DNA of 64,000 nt from an uncultured delta proteobacterium (GCA_963771465.1 CAVYTU010000009.1:96001-160000); one strand, 5' to 3'; positions 1 through 11,141 are shown, counted from the first letter of the stretch. A program made the numbers and translations. Notes: generated from the sequence alone by a model not told the origin.

Positions 1-3000
1 CAGTTCCCGCACGTTGCCAGGCCAACTATAGGCGCGCAACGCTTCGATTACCTCATTCGGTATCTTTCCAAAGCTCTTCCCCAACCGCCGCGTGGCTTCG
101 TTTAAAAATACCTCGGACAATAAGCCGATGTCGCCTCTTCTGTCTCGCAGCGGAGGAAGCTCGATCGGATAAACATTCAACCGATAGTATAAATCGGCAC
201 GAAAGCGCCCGCGCTGCGCCGCTTCACTCAAATTGCGGTTGGTCGCCGCGATCATCCGCACATCGACTTTGATCGTCTTGCCGCTCCCCAGTCGCTCAAA
301 CTCGCCCTCTTGCAGTACCCTTAATAGTTTTGACTGCAGGCGCAACGGAACCTCGCCCACCTCGTCGAGAAAGATCGTCCCTCCGTCAGCTAACTCGAAG
401 CGCCCTACTTGCTTCGATACCGCTCCGGTAAATGCTCCGCGCTCGTGCCCAAACAATTCACTTTCGATCAATTCCGCAGGCAAGGTCGAACAGTTCACCT
501 TGACCAACGGCCGTTCGCTGCGTGCGCTCTTCTCGTGCACCAGGCGCGCTACCAATTCTTTTCCCGTTCCCGTCTCCCCCAGAATCAAAACCGTCATATC
601 GGTTGGCGCTACCCGGTCTACTTGCTCGAAAACCTTTTGGATCCCTTCGCTCGCCCCGATTATCTCTCCATAACGGTGGACTCCCGATACCTCGGACCGC
701 AAATACACATTCTCCACTTCCAACTGCTCTTTTAACCGCTTGACTTCCGATAGTGCCTCCTCTAAATCCTGTTCCGCACGCTTACGGTCGGAGATGTCGT
801 GAGAGATGGCGACCAGCGCGATGATGTCCCCATCCTTACTTCGTAGTGGCGCAGCGTGTGACTCCATCCAACGGCGTTTTCCCTTAAGTCCGATGATTTC
901 AAACTGCGCCACTGCGCTTTCTCCCCGGCAAACTCGGCGATGCAAATTTTCATAGGTAGCATGCCACTCCGGCACTATAATCGCCATGACGGACTGGCCC
1001 ACGACTTGCCTTAAACAATCGGCCTCGATCATAGCCAATCCAGCCGGATTCATATCCAGTAACCGGTAATCCGGAGCCACGAGTTTCACACACACCGGCT
1101 GCGACTCGAAAATCGCACGCCGCAGACCTTCGCTTTCCCGCAACGCCTCCTCGGCTCGCTTGCGCTCGGTGATGTCTCGAATGTAGCTTAGACAGTGTAT
1201 AGGATTGTCTTTTGCGTCGGTGACGATCGAAACATTAACGTAAACCCAAACGATCCCTCCATCCTTACGAATGTAGCGTTTCTCTATGTCGAAGGATTTG
1301 ATTTCACCCCGCAGGACCCGTAATCGCTGTTCCACATTGCCCTTGAGATCATCGGGATGTGTCAATTCGTGAAAGCGGCGCCCCAATAATTCCCTTTCCG
1401 TATAACCGAGCAGCTTGCACAATGTGGGTGGCACCTTAAGCCAACGACCTTCCAAGTCTGTATGCGTCACCATCACTAGCGAAAATTCTTCCGTCCGAGC
1501 TAAACGGCCTTCGGTCTCGCGCAACGCTTCTTCGGCGCGCTTGCGCTCAGTGATGTCCAGTAAGACGCCCATCCTGTGCCCGTCGTGGCGGCCACGCTCG
1601 ACGACGGTCCGTCCCTTGGCTAACACCCACCGCTCTGTCCCCCCGGGGAGAACGGTACGAAACTCTCCCTGAAACGGCTGGCCAATCGCGGCCGTGCGCT
1701 CGATTTCAGACTGCATACGGGTCCGATCATCTGGATGTACTCGGGCAAGCATCTCATCGTATCGAAGCCGATCAGTTGGGCCGAAGCCAAACAGAGAACG
1801 CGCAGGCGCGTTAGCCGCTAAATCGCCGTTTCTCAAATCACGCGACCACAGCCCCAACTCGGCGCCGCTGGTAGCGAGTTCCATCAATTGCTGGCTCTCC
1901 TGCAGCTTCGTTTTGACATAGCTCACGCGGCGGCGCTGCAAAAACAAATTGGCAATAATTGCGCTCTGAGCCAATATGATGAGCCCACCGAGAATGTACC
2001 ATCGATATTGTTCCCATAGTGATTCCGGCCGAAATCGAACAACGCTATTAGCAGGCAACCGACCTTCGCTGATGTTCCACCGCTTCAAAGCCCGCCCATC
2101 GAATGTTGGCACGCTGTCGGTGCGAATTTCGAAAGGCAGCGCCACCGGCAATGTGCCGGTTAAAATCAGACGCGCCATTTCGCCTGCCCGTTTGCCAAAA
2201 GCCTCGACACTTGCCAATGAGCCACCCACGGCGCCCGTGCCAAAACTAGCATCCGTCATTACATAGACCGGCACATTAGCCGACCGACCAATCCACTGGC
2301 CCACCTCAGAGGAAATAAAAGCCTGACTTGCGGCGTCAAGAAACATCCGAGCGAACAGAATCGCGCTGCCCGGTGGTAGCATCGTTACTGATTGACGCAA
2401 TTCGGCCATGGTAAGGTTGTCCCAGAAAGCGATTTCGACACGGCCCTTTATCGACTGCGCTGCGTCCTTAACGCGCTGGAGTACCTGCCGATCGATTTCC
2501 GCCGTACCGCCGATGACGACGACACGCCGCAGTTCGGGTTGCAGGCGGAGGATCAATTCCAGCGTCGCGCGCGGATTGATACGCTGCGCCACGCCGCTGA
2601 CCAGAGTGCCGAATTGATCGGCTCGAAACTCCTCTTCTGTGAGGCCGGCGACGATAATCGGGGTTCGCGGAAACAGTTCACGCAGTAGCTGGCCGGGAGT
2701 TCCCAAGGTCCCGACGTAAACGAGGATCACGAGGTCGGGAGGATTTGCAGCGTATTTCCCAGTCAAATACTCTCTGAAAATTTTTCCATAATGTGCGCTC
2801 GGAAAGCGAGCCAGATCGAGATTCTCGGCGTAGGTTTCGACAGGGACCGATGGGATGTTCGCCAACGCCTGCAGCAACGGCTGATCGACGAGTATGAATC
2901 CCGGCGCAAGGCGGCTTCCCATCGAAATAATCAACACGCGCTTTGGCCGCAGCAATTCTGCGCCGCTCACCGTGGTTACGGAAGCGAAAGAAAAGAGAGC

Positions 3001-3039
3001 TGAGAGCGCTAGCCCGAGTAGTAGACTTAAACGTCTCAC
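1..3039 (-). CDS. Membrane-anchored sigma-54-dependent activator: periplasmic ABC-SBP-like sensor, TM helix, about 3 PAS/PAC domains, AAA+ domain (3' end runs off the window)
   Basis: Absent from the ORF track because it is open at the window edge. Read by hand from GTG at 3039 ([20 protein letters not shown], a signal peptide). Spot checks at 1-30, ~780-960 and ~1920-2040 are in the same frame: TM segment [20 protein letters not shown] ends such as [13 protein letters not shown]+ motifs [14 protein letters not shown] and [10 protein letters not shown]. Confidence 0.88.
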   Translation of the reverse strand, partial: MRRLSLLLGLALSALFSFASVTTVSGAELLRPKRVLIISMGSRLAPGFILVDQPLLQALANIPSVPVETYAENLDLARFPSAHYGKIFREYLTGKYAANPPDLVILVYVGTLGTPGQLLRELFPRTPIIVAGLTEEEFRADQFGTLVSGVAQRINPRATLELILRLQPELRRVVVIGGTAEIDRQVLQRVKDAAQSIKGRVEIAFWDNLTMAELRQSVTMLPPGSAILFARMFLDAASQAFISSEVGQWIGRSANVPVYVMTDASFGTGAVGGSLASVEAFGKRAGEMARLILTGTLPVALPFEIRTDSVPTFDGRALKRWNISEGRLPANSVVRFRPESLWEQYRWYILGGLIILAQSAIIANLFLQRRRVSYVKTKLQESQQLMELATSGAELGLWSRDLRNGDLAANAPARSLFGFGPTDRLRYDEMLARVHPDDRTRMQSEIERTAAIGQPFQGEFRTVLPGGTERWVLAKGRTVVERGRHDGHRMGVLLDITERKRAEEALRETEGRLARTEEFSLVMVTHTDLEGRWLKVPPTLCKLLGYTERELLGRRFHELTHPDDLKGNVEQRLRVLRGEIKSFDIEKRYIRKDGGIVWVYVNVSIVTDAKDNPIHCLSYIRDITERKRAEEALRESEGLRRAIFESQPVCVKLVAPDYRLLDMNPAGLAMIEADCLRQVVGQSVMAIIVPEWHATYENLHRRVCRGESAVAQFEIIGLKGKRRWMESHAAPLRSKDGDIIALVAISHDISDRKRAEQDLEEALSEVKRLKEQLEVENVYLRSEVSGVHRYGEIIGASEGIQKVFEQVDRVAPTDMTVLILGETGTGKELVARLVHEKSARSERPLVKVNCSTLPAELIESELFGHERGAFTGAVSKQVGRFELADGGTIFLDEVGEVPLRLQSKLLRVLQEGEFERLGSGKTIKVDVRMIAATNRNLSEAAQRGRFRADLYYRLNVYPIELPPLRDRRGDIGLLSEVFLNEATRRLGKSFGKIPNEVIEALRAYSWPGNVREL

Positions 3040-3481
3040 TTGGGTTCCTGGCAGAGCTAACTCTTTGGTGCGGTTACTCCGCCCAGATAAAAAATCACAT
3101 CCGGCCAGAAAAGCCAAGTGTTGACTACGCAATCTGACTATACACTTTATAATTGTTTTATTGACCGCCCGCTGGACCCGACAAAATGAGCGCAACCATA
3201 GGGACGGAGAAAAACGACGCAGTATTGTAGTCTCCTCCCTGTCTAAGTGATTCGTTGAGTTTGTCTCTTCCTACTCGATCCCCCAATTCAAAAGACTACT
3301 GGTTGTATCAGTGAGATTTGCCTGAGGCGTCTTTGAGTGCAATCGATTTGTCGCGTCTTACAATCTCACCCTCCTAGGCTCCATGATTTGTAAGCTTGCC
3401 ATGCGACGCCCATTGGTCAGTGGTCGGACATTTTTCCGACACGCTAGAGCAGCGGATTGGACTTGTTGAGTTACGGCTCGG

Positions 3482-3640
3482 TTAAGTCTCGGTTGCAGGC
3501 TCTGGCGTACTGGGAATGAATTCAGAGCGCAGCTTCGGTGGGGTACGAGCACGCCATGGAAGCGGATCAGATGTAACCGCCGACGGGGCGCCAGGGCGGC
3601 GAGCCGCTGCATGAATTCCAGCGGCTCCAGGTTCTCCAAA
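3482..3640 (-). mobile_element. IS91-family transposase C-terminal remnant (frameshifted)
   Basis: LEPLEFMQRLAALAPRRRLHLIRFHGVL continues as KLRSEFIP in another frame, typical of the IS91/Y2 transposase C-terminus. Confidence 0.7.
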
Positions 3641-3717
3641 TTCGTGCTCGCTGCAACTACGTAGGCTGGCATCAGCGTAGTCGGTCCGCGCTACCCTTAC
3701 CAACAGCTCATTTGGAA

Positions 3718-4245
3718 TCAATACGGCGGATTGACCACGACGTACTGCGATCCCTGGGGCTGATACCAGGTGCTTCCGCATTGTTGATAGACCATGCCAC
3801 CATAGTTCACCGGCACGCAGCTTGGCGGCACGCTTCGCACCATCGAGCCGACGACGGCGGAAGTCACGGCGACGGCAGTGCCAACCGCCGCTGCAGCCGC
3901 GACCGGATGGTAGTCATTGTCCCAGCCGCCACAGCAACCGCCATGACCTTCGACATTGACGTTGACGTCGCGGTCGACGTTGACGTTATTGACGCTAGTG
4001 CTGCGGACATTGTTGGTACGGGCATCAGCCTTGCTGTTGTCGACCTGCGCACTCTGCCTGGTGGCGCCGCCACCGGCGCCTGCGGCGCGAGCACCGCCAC
4101 CACCGCCGCCTGCGGCGCGAGCACCACCACCCCCACCGCCGCCGCCCCGAGCCGCGGCGGCATCAGCGTAAGGGGCTATGGCGAAGCTGGCGAGAACGAG
4201 AGCGGCCAACGAGGCCGGAAGCAACTTACCGAATGATCTCTTCAT
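3718..4245 (-). CDS. Secreted glycine-rich protein (DUF6515-like C-terminus)
   Basis: Signal peptide, GGGGGGARAA repeats, NVNV stretch, C-terminal PPSC..YQQCGSTWYQPQ..YVVV; GAGGAG RBS; directly after the DUF2092 gene. Confidence 0.8.
   Translation of the reverse strand: MKRSFGKLLPASLAALVLASFAIAPYADAAAARGGGGGGGGARAAGGGGGGARAAGAGGGATRQSAQVDNSKADARTNNVRSTSVNNVNVDRDVNVNVEGHGGCCGGWDNDYHPVAAAAAVGTAVAVTSAVVGSMVRSVPPSCVPVNYGGMVYQQCGSTWYQPQGSQYVVVNPPY
4075..4140. repeat. 30-bp tandem coding repeat (GGGGGGARAA units)
   Basis: gcctgcggcgcgagcacc occurs twice, 30 bp apart. Confidence 0.75.
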
Positions 4246-4257
4246 GTTGGCGCTCCT

Positions 4258-5007
4258 CTACTTTGTTTTCACCGGAACAATCTCGATCCTGGACGCACCC
4301 TTGGGCGGCGTGAACTTGAAAACCGTGTCCTTGAAGGTAGGTTTCAAATTCCAGTCGATCAGGGAAACCGACTGCGGGCGCGCTTCGTCGGTGCGACTGG
4401 TGATCACGACCTTGCGTGGCAGCGGCCTGCTCCCGGTGGTAATCCAGATCTGCCAGTCGGCCTTGGCCTGCCGGAAGGCGTAGTGGTCACAGAGATCGTC
4501 GCCGACGAAATCCTGGCCGGCATTCATTGCCGATTCGATCTTGTCGACTGGCGCGGCTGGGGTACCCCAGAGGAAGAGATCCGCCAACGGGAGTTCCACA
4601 CCGTACCTTTCCTCCAGCCGCTCGATCAGTTTGCCGATCGTGTCGGTGAATTCGACCGTCGAGTAATACTTTTGCGCCGGCGTATAGAGTGTGACCGTCT
4701 TGCCGTCGTAGACGAGCTCGCGTTCGGAACGGGCGCTATGCATCAGGGCGCGGATCTTGTTCGGACGCTCGACATCCATATCGGCCGTCGCCGTATGCTG
4801 CAGCTTTTGGCCATCGGCCAGAACGCGCTCACCGGTTAGTTCGGTCGACACCCGAAAGCGCTTCAGTGTCTGAAAGAACGCACCCATGTCCTTGAGGGCC
4901 TGAATCGACGCCGGATCGACAGCACTCGCCGGCGCAGTCTGCGCATAGGTGCTCGGTGTCGCAAGCGACATTGCCAGCACGCTGAGCACCAGAATCTTTC
5001 GTACCAT
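4258..5007 (-). CDS. DUF2092 family periplasmic protein (LolA-like fold)
   Basis: Signal peptide; RPNKIR, YDGKTVTLY, CDHYAFRQ..DWQIWI..G..PLPRKVVIT, F.F.PP.GA motifs. Confidence 0.85.
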   Translation of the reverse strand: MVRKILVLSVLAMSLATPSTYAQTAPASAVDPASIQALKDMGAFFQTLKRFRVSTELTGERVLADGQKLQHTATADMDVERPNKIRALMHSARSERELVYDGKTVTLYTPAQKYYSTVEFTDTIGKLIERLEERYGVELPLADLFLWGTPAAPVDKIESAMNAGQDFVGDDLCDHYAFRQAKADWQIWITTGSRPLPRKVVITSRTDEARPQSVSLIDWNLKPTFKDTVFKFTPPKGASRIEIVPVKTK

Positions 5008-5700
5008 GGTTATCTCCCGGGTTGAGAAAACTTTATGTATAGGAAATTTAAACCACCTTTTTTCTGGCCGGAGTAAATATAATCTGATCCGCCTTGAGAT
5101 AGTTGATCAGCATTCCGACCGGAGCGGCCCGATGCGGGCCATGAGGCCTGGCGCGGGGCAGCGGAAAATGCCACGCGACGATACTAAAGACAAAATCGAA
5201 ATGGTATCAGGGTAGCCCTGATTTTCTGTGTCGAGTCTCCCGATGAAAGTTTAGGGGCATGGGAAACGCAAGCTCGTCAAGAACTGACGCTGACCGAAGC
5301 GTTCAACAACCAAACCGCCCAGCTTGGCGCCGACCACCAGAACCGCAAGTCCGAACAGCACGGGCGCCTATTGGGAAGCCCCGGTAGATTCACCGCTGGC
5401 CGCTGGTCGGATCAGATCGGGCCACGGCAGGAACTCCTTTCTTTGGGTTAGGTTTTGGCTCCCGTCCTGCGGCCCCGGGTGGGATAAGCTCAACCAGTTA
5501 TTGGATAGCCCACAACGCTTTCAAACAGTCTAACGAATCGAGGCCGGACCGACTCGCCGAGACTAAGGGAAAGCGTATCAAGGATCAGTAGAGCCCCGGT
5601 GTTCAGCAAAGAGTGAGTCCGTTAAACTTGGAACCATGAGTTATAAAGATAGATCAGAAAAAAAGGTTGTTTAAATTTCCCAGCGAAAGGAGACTGCACG

Positions 5701-6256
5701 ATGTCCAAATGGAGATTCCCCCAGTAGACCACGATGACGTTCATCGCCATGATGTTGCTTGCCGGTTGCGTCTCGCAACAAAAAGTATGACTCGCTGGAC
5801 GCAGAATATCAGCAACTCAACCATACAATGTCGGCGGAGGTCGCCACCAACCAGATGCAGATCACGCGATTGCAAAACGCCGTTAAGGTCACGGTCAACA
5901 GTGAGCTGCTGTTTCCCTCGGGCGACTGGCAAATGTCGGTTGAAGCGCAGCAGACCATCGGCAAAATCGTTCCGATCCTAGCCCCCAACCAGCAAACCAA
6001 GATTAAGGTGAACGGCTATACCGACAATGTCCCGATCGGCCCGGGGCTCATGCGCGAGGGCATCACCAGCAATCAGGTGCTGTCCCAGAAGCGGGCCGAC
6101 AACGTGATGCAGTTCATGATCTCGCGGGGCGTCAACCCCAGCCTGGTGTCCGCGCAGGGTTTAGGCGAGACAGACCCCATGGCCTCGAACGACACGCCGG
6201 AGGGCCGGGCGAAGAACCGGCGGGTGGAACTGACCGTGGCTGGTTCGGGCAACTGA
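5701..6256 (+). pseudogene. OmpA/MotB-family lipoprotein, disrupted by an in-frame TAG (5725) and a +1 frameshift in an A-run (~5780)
   Basis: RBS AAGGAG then MSKWRFPQ*TTMTFIAMMLLAGCVSQQK (lipobox LAGC). The frame then shifts to YDSLDAEY..GYTDN..LSQKRA..GRAKNRRVE (OmpA C-domain). Confidence 0.8.
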
Positions 6257-6444
6257 GCTAGGCGGCCTTGGCTGGTCGCCGCGAGCAGCCGTCAATCAGG
6301 CCTCACAGGAGCAAACGTCCTCATCCCGAGTTCGGCATGACTCTGCATCTGGTCACGCACGCTATGGAGGGAGTGCTGTGAAGATTATCAGCTTGCCGCT
6401 GTTGTTCGTGCCGGTGGCCGTGGCCTTGGAACATCTGGCATCCG
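6199..6444 (+). repeat. ~245-bp direct repeat, copy 1 (ompA 3' end, intergenic DNA, 5' stub of a second gene)
   Basis: Aligns by eye to 12000-12243 with scattered substitutions. Confidence 0.92.
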
Positions 6445-6445
6445 G

Positions 6446-6826
6446 CTAGCATCTGGGGGTCTTACGCCAAACTGGCGAGCAAACCACTTCCACAACCATG
6501 ACAATGGGAATTGTGGCTTTGGCTGAGCGTACATCTCCCACACTGGTCACAACGATAACATTTACTTTGAGACGCACCAGCTCAGTCGCGAGCGCGGGAA
6601 GGCGATCGACTTTTCCCTCATGACGTCGCCATTCAATGACAATGTTTTTCCCCTCGACGTATCCAAGCTCGCGCAGACCCTGGCGGAATGCCTCTGTGCG
6701 CGCCGACACGGAAGTGGAACCTAGATATCCTATCCGGCGGATTTTCGTCGGCTGCTGCGCCCAAACTGGAAGGCAAAAGGCAGAGAACAACGGGGCAAGC
6801 GCAAAGTTAATGACTGTCTTTCGCAT
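6446..6826 (-). pseudogene. ABC_sub_bind (PF04392-type) substrate-binding protein, N-terminal fragment
   Basis: AQQPTKIRRIGYL..AFRQGLRELGYVEGKNIVIEWR; truncated at the repeat boundary. Confidence 0.8.
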
Positions 6827-6853
6827 AGGTTTTCTACGTGCTTGTGCTCTTTG

Positions 6854-6960
6854 CTATTTGATCACCTTATCTGCCCTTGCCAGAACGTTCGGCGGGATTG
6901 TGAGACCGATCTGCTTGGCTGCCATCAGATTGATGATGAAGTCAAACTTTTCGGCTGCTT
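6854..6960 (-). pseudogene. ABC_sub_bind protein, C-terminal fragment of a second copy
   Basis: EKFDFIINLMAAKQIGLTIPPNVLARADKVIK is the canonical C-terminus of this family. Confidence 0.8.
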
Positions 6961-7276
6961 GACGGGTAAAGCCGCGCGTAGACAGTATGGGGAAGTTATC
7001 CCGGTAATCGAATTTACTATTCATGCGGCGTGGTTTGCAACATGTGGGACGTAGGGTTAGACACTTACGATGGGGGTGGTGACTCATTTTGAATGCATTG
7101 AAATAGAATCCGCCGGAATGCAACACGCAACCAGCAAAGCTTCCATTATTCAGCAATCACGTTTGGTCGGTCGAGGAAATCGCGGATTTATTAAATTGAA
7201 AATAAGTCACTACATACGATGGACTTAGGGAGTAGCAGCATATATTCTTTGTGTATTTGGCTAAGAGGCACAAATA

Positions 7277-7873
7277 GTGCCCACAATGCCTAATGCACAA
7301 TCAATAGCAACCCTGCTTAAGGGGGCGGGTCTCGCCACGATCCCTAACCTGCTGTCCTTCGCCCGGATCGTCGGGGTAACCTTAGCGGTCATTCTCTACT
7401 TGGGAGGACACGGTTGGGTGGCAGTGGCGATCGGCACCGTCGCCGGCGTGACCGACCACCTCGATGGCTACCTAGCGCGACGGCTTAAGCAAGAGACTGC
7501 CCTCGGAGCCATGCTGGACCAGGTCGCTGACAGTTTCACAACGGCGATCCTGCTCGCCATGCTCGTCGTCACGGGCGGTATCCCGTTCGCCTATCTGGTA
7601 ATCTTCCTGTTAAGGGAGTTCTGGGTTGGCACCGTGAGGCGGTACGGCGCAACGGTGGGCATCGAAATCCCCTCGATCGCGCTGGGCAAGATGGCGACCG
7701 CGGTGATTGACTGGGCCATTCTGACGGTGGCGATCATTATCCTGCCCGATATGCCCGCGCGAGTCGTGACACCGGTGCACTGGATAGGACTTGTGGGCCT
7801 GGGCGTGGGTTTGGCCATCAGTTGCCTGACGGGCTGGCGCTATACAATAACTTTGGGGGCTAAGATAGTGTGA
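7277..7873 (+). CDS. CDP-alcohol phosphatidyltransferase (PgsA-like)
   Basis: TIPNLLSFAR, DHLDGYLARR..G..LDQVAD (D-x2-DG-x2-AR-x8-G-x3-D-x3-D signature), LLRE, GKMAT; multiple TM helices. Confidence 0.92.
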   Translation: MPTMPNAQSIATLLKGAGLATIPNLLSFARIVGVTLAVILYLGGHGWVAVAIGTVAGVTDHLDGYLARRLKQETALGAMLDQVADSFTTAILLAMLVVTGGIPFAYLVIFLLREFWVGTVRRYGATVGIEIPSIALGKMATAVIDWAILTVAIIILPDMPARVVTPVHWIGLVGLGVGLAISCLTGWRYTITLGAKIV

Positions 7874-9045
7874 AACCGATATCCACAAATACTACACGGC
7901 GCGGCGCCGAAATTCTGCTCTGCCCAGGTCCTGTCATGCTATCCCCTGGCGTCAAGGCAGCACTTGCCGACTGCGAGATAGGACACCGCGATACGCGCTT
8001 CTCGCAGCTGGTTACGCGGGTGCGGTGCAATAGCCGCCACGTCTTCCGCTCTGGAGATGAGCACAGCGTCCTTTTCATCGGCGGACCCGCGACGGCTGCA
8101 ATTGAAGCGGTGTGCGCCTCGCTCGTGCCACCGGATGCCAGGGTGCTTGTCCCCGTCAACGGGTCATTCGGAGCCCGTATCGCGGAGATCCTGAATGTTT
8201 ACCAGATCCCCCACACAGCGATCGATTTCGGGTTCGGTAAGCCTTTCGATCTGGATCGCATCAAGGCGGTCATTGCGAAAGAGCGCCAGTGCGGGTTCAC
8301 TGCAGTGGCGATGACCCACCATGAAACGTCAGCGGGCCTGCTCAACCCGGTGGCGGCTGTCGGTGCCCTGGCGCGGCAGCACGGCCTGAAACTGATCGTC
8401 GACGCCACGTCGAGCGCAGGCGTCGAGGACCTGGATGTAACGCGCGATGGGATCGACGCGTGCGTTACGACCTCCGGAAAATGCCTGCATGCAGCGCCGG
8501 GGCTCAGCCTTGTCTGCGTGCGACGCGACCTGCTTGAAATGGCCAGGCTAATCCGCCCGCGCAGTTATGCGTTGGACCTGCATCGTTTCCATGACCAGAT
8601 GGAATTCAACCGCCAGACGCCCTTCACAGCCTCTGTGCCCTTGTTCCTTGCGCTCGACCGCGCGCTTGAAGAACTTCTCGATCGGGGCATCGATGAACGA
8701 CGACGCGTCTACTGGCGACGCCGCGAAATACTGGCGGCAGGAATGGTACGGCTGGGGTTACCTCTGCTGCCGTTGCCACCGGGGAGTGAAGCCGCTTCGA
8801 TTCTGACGGTCGGCGTTCCGGAAACACTCGGCTTCGACGCGCTTTACGCGGCCGTCAAGGATCGTGGCTACCTCATCTATGCCTGCAAGCCGCCGCTGGC
8901 GCCGAATTATTTCCAAATCGCGGTGATGGGAGAATTGGCGGACGATGAGCTCCATGAATTTCTCGAGATTTTGCAGTCGTTGATGACCACAGTGCCGGCG
9001 CGTTGCCTCCCTCTGCTAGATTACCCCGCGGGTGATCAAAATTGA
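7870..9045 (+). CDS. Class V PLP-dependent aminotransferase (PhnW/AEP-transaminase/serine-pyruvate aminotransferase-like)
   Basis: LLCPGPV, GHRD, HHETSAGLLNP, VDATSS, SGKCLHAAPGLS (PLP lysine); start overlaps the upstream stop. Confidence 0.9.
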   Translation: MKPISTNTTRRGAEILLCPGPVMLSPGVKAALADCEIGHRDTRFSQLVTRVRCNSRHVFRSGDEHSVLFIGGPATAAIEAVCASLVPPDARVLVPVNGSFGARIAEILNVYQIPHTAIDFGFGKPFDLDRIKAVIAKERQCGFTAVAMTHHETSAGLLNPVAAVGALARQHGLKLIVDATSSAGVEDLDVTRDGIDACVTTSGKCLHAAPGLSLVCVRRDLLEMARLIRPRSYALDLHRFHDQMEFNRQTPFTASVPLFLALDRALEELLDRGIDERRRVYWRRREILAAGMVRLGLPLLPLPPGSEAASILTVGVPETLGFDALYAAVKDRGYLIYACKPPLAPNYFQIAVMGELADDELHEFLEILQSLMTTVPARCLPLLDYPAGDQN

Positions 9046-9539
9046 CAGGAAAAGAAGTGTCACCTGCCGTCAACACGGGGGTATTCCGCAGCTGGCGCCA
9101 TTTTCTCGCGTTCGGTCTCGGTAGCGGACTGGCCAGGTTTGCGCCGGGCACGTTCGGCACCCTCGTTGCAATCGCCTTCTATCTTCTCCTGAGCCCGCTG
9201 CCGCACTGGCTCTATGCAATCTGCGTGTTTTGCGCCTTTGCCTTTGGTGTCTGGCTTTGTCAAAGCGTCACGCACGACCTCGGTGTGCACGACCATGGCG
9301 GCATCGTGTGGGACGAGTTCGTCGGTTACTGGATCACGATGTTCCTCGTGCCCGTTAGCTGGGGCACGGTCCTGGCCGGCTTTGCGCTGTTTCGCCTGCT
9401 CGACATCTGGAAACCATGGCCGATTTGCTGGATCGACAAGCACGTGCAAGGCGGCTTCGGCATCATGCTGGATGATGTGATTGCCGGCGCGGCCGCCTGT
9501 ATTATCCTCCACTCCCTTCGCGCGGGCGCCGGTTTTTGA
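9042..9539 (+). CDS. pgpA: Phosphatidylglycerophosphatase A
   Basis: GLGSGL..APGTFGT, HDHGGIVWDEFVG, FRLLDIWKPWPI, GGFGIMLDDVIAG. Confidence 0.95.
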   Translation: MTGKEVSPAVNTGVFRSWRHFLAFGLGSGLARFAPGTFGTLVAIAFYLLLSPLPHWLYAICVFCAFAFGVWLCQSVTHDLGVHDHGGIVWDEFVGYWITMFLVPVSWGTVLAGFALFRLLDIWKPWPICWIDKHVQGGFGIMLDDVIAGAAACIILHSLRAGAGF

Positions 9540-9981
9540 ACCATCGGCCGTTGTCGTTCCCGAAATCAAGCCAACGTGCAGTTACTGCTGAACGGTGTGA
9601 GAGATACGTTCGTGACAGAGCCGAGTTTCCGTGTCTCGTATAGTGAACACATTGGTCTCAGAACGCTATTCAAGTCTACTATCAGCGATGGTGTCGACAA
9701 GGGGTTGTAACGACCGATGTTAGTCTGCGACTCTGGCTGTTTTTCTATTGGGAGCTGGCCACATGCATTAATCCATGATAGACGTAGCAGATGACAAGGG
9801 GCTGGCGCGCGGGGTTATTCCGTGCGCTGAAAATTATGGTACACTACCCAGGTAGCCAGAGGCTAACTGCCATGAAAATCGAGTACTTAAAAACACAGAT
9901 AGTTACTGTAGTGACCATCGCATTGGCTGCGTTTTTCTTATTGCTCGCTTCTAAATGGTTATGGCGGCCAGGTAGCACACG

Positions 9982-10896
9982 TTGATGAGGCGTGTTTTCA
10001 ACATAAGCATCTCCTACACTGGAGGGCTACTTCTGCTTATCGTGCTGTTACCTTCTTGTGCAACAACGCAACTTCATTCAACACCACCCGTGCACTACGA
10101 TCAGAATTCAAGCATTCCGTATCATGCTGACCAGCATTCCGATGAACATGGTCTCAGGGTCATGACACTGAACGTAGCCCACGGGCGAGGGACCAGTTTT
10201 CATCAATTGCTGCAGCATTCAGCCAAGATTGTGAAAAACCTAGATCGTATAAACGAACTAATGAACCAGGCAGCACCGGATATCGTTGCTTTTCAGGAGA
10301 TCGATGCGCCTTCGTTCTGGAGTGGCAATTTCAACCACGTGGGATATCTTGCAAGTCACAGCATGTTTACCCGTTCGATTCAGGCGTCACACGTTAATGC
10401 GATGAGACTTTCCTATGGTACAGCACTGATATCAAGACAGGAGATGTCGAATCCGCAGGCGGTTACATTTAACCCCTCACTTACACTGGTACCCACGGGT
10501 TTTGTGGTATCGACCATTAGTTGGCCGGGAAGGGACAGTATCGACATTGATGTAGTTTCTGTTCATCTGGATTTCATGAGTGGTTGGGTCAGGAAAAAAC
10601 AGGCAGACGAACTGATTGCAGTTTTACGTGCCAGAAACAATCACGTGATTATCATGGGCGACCTGAACTCAGGATGGCTGCCGCAGGACTCGGCAGCACA
10701 GTACCTGGTTGAGAAACTTGGGCTGAAGGCGTACCAGCCGGAAAACCGCAATCTGATCACTTTTCCCCTGCTTGGCAGACGCCTGGACTGGGTCCTGATA
10801 TCGGCCGGTCTTGAGTTTTCTTCCTATGAAGTTATCGGAACCGATATTTCCGATCATCGTGGTGTACTTGCCGAGCTTACGCTTTCTGGCGGGTAA
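9982..10896 (+). CDS. Endonuclease/exonuclease/phosphatase (EEP) family lipoprotein
   Basis: Lipobox LLPSC; MTLNVAHG, FQEID, VHLD, MGDLN, LDWVL, SDHRGV. Confidence 0.9.
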   Translation: MMRRVFNISISYTGGLLLLIVLLPSCATTQLHSTPPVHYDQNSSIPYHADQHSDEHGLRVMTLNVAHGRGTSFHQLLQHSAKIVKNLDRINELMNQAAPDIVAFQEIDAPSFWSGNFNHVGYLASHSMFTRSIQASHVNAMRLSYGTALISRQEMSNPQAVTFNPSLTLVPTGFVVSTISWPGRDSIDIDVVSVHLDFMSGWVRKKQADELIAVLRARNNHVIIMGDLNSGWLPQDSAAQYLVEKLGLKAYQPENRNLITFPLLGRRLDWVLISAGLEFSSYEVIGTDISDHRGVLAELTLSGG

Positions 10897-11141
10897 ATAA
10901 TGGTGGTGGAGTCGCCAGTGTATGGCGACATTTCGCTCTAATCGCCTCACTTGTGTGCTGGTATGATGCAAAAACCGGATTGACCGTCCTGTCGTGCAGG
11001 CGATCCGGTTCGGCCACCGAGTTGGTGGGTATGTCGCGGCACAGTTTGTCCACCTGCAGGACAAGGCACTGTGTGTAGAGCGGGTTTTTTTGCCAGCCCG
11101 ATACCACGCGACAGGGTCAGCTCACATAAAGAATCCAAATT

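Noticed and set aside
233-3137. Many short plus-strand ORFs
   Set aside because: Shadows of the minus-strand sigma-54 activator
7155-7213. NHVWSVEEIADLLN* plus a possible IS end (IS1-like remnant)
   Set aside because: Too short to support as a feature without a search
7870-9045. Calling the gene phnW (phosphonate catabolism)
   Set aside because: No phnX, phnA or phnY nearby, and key substrate-binding motifs differ
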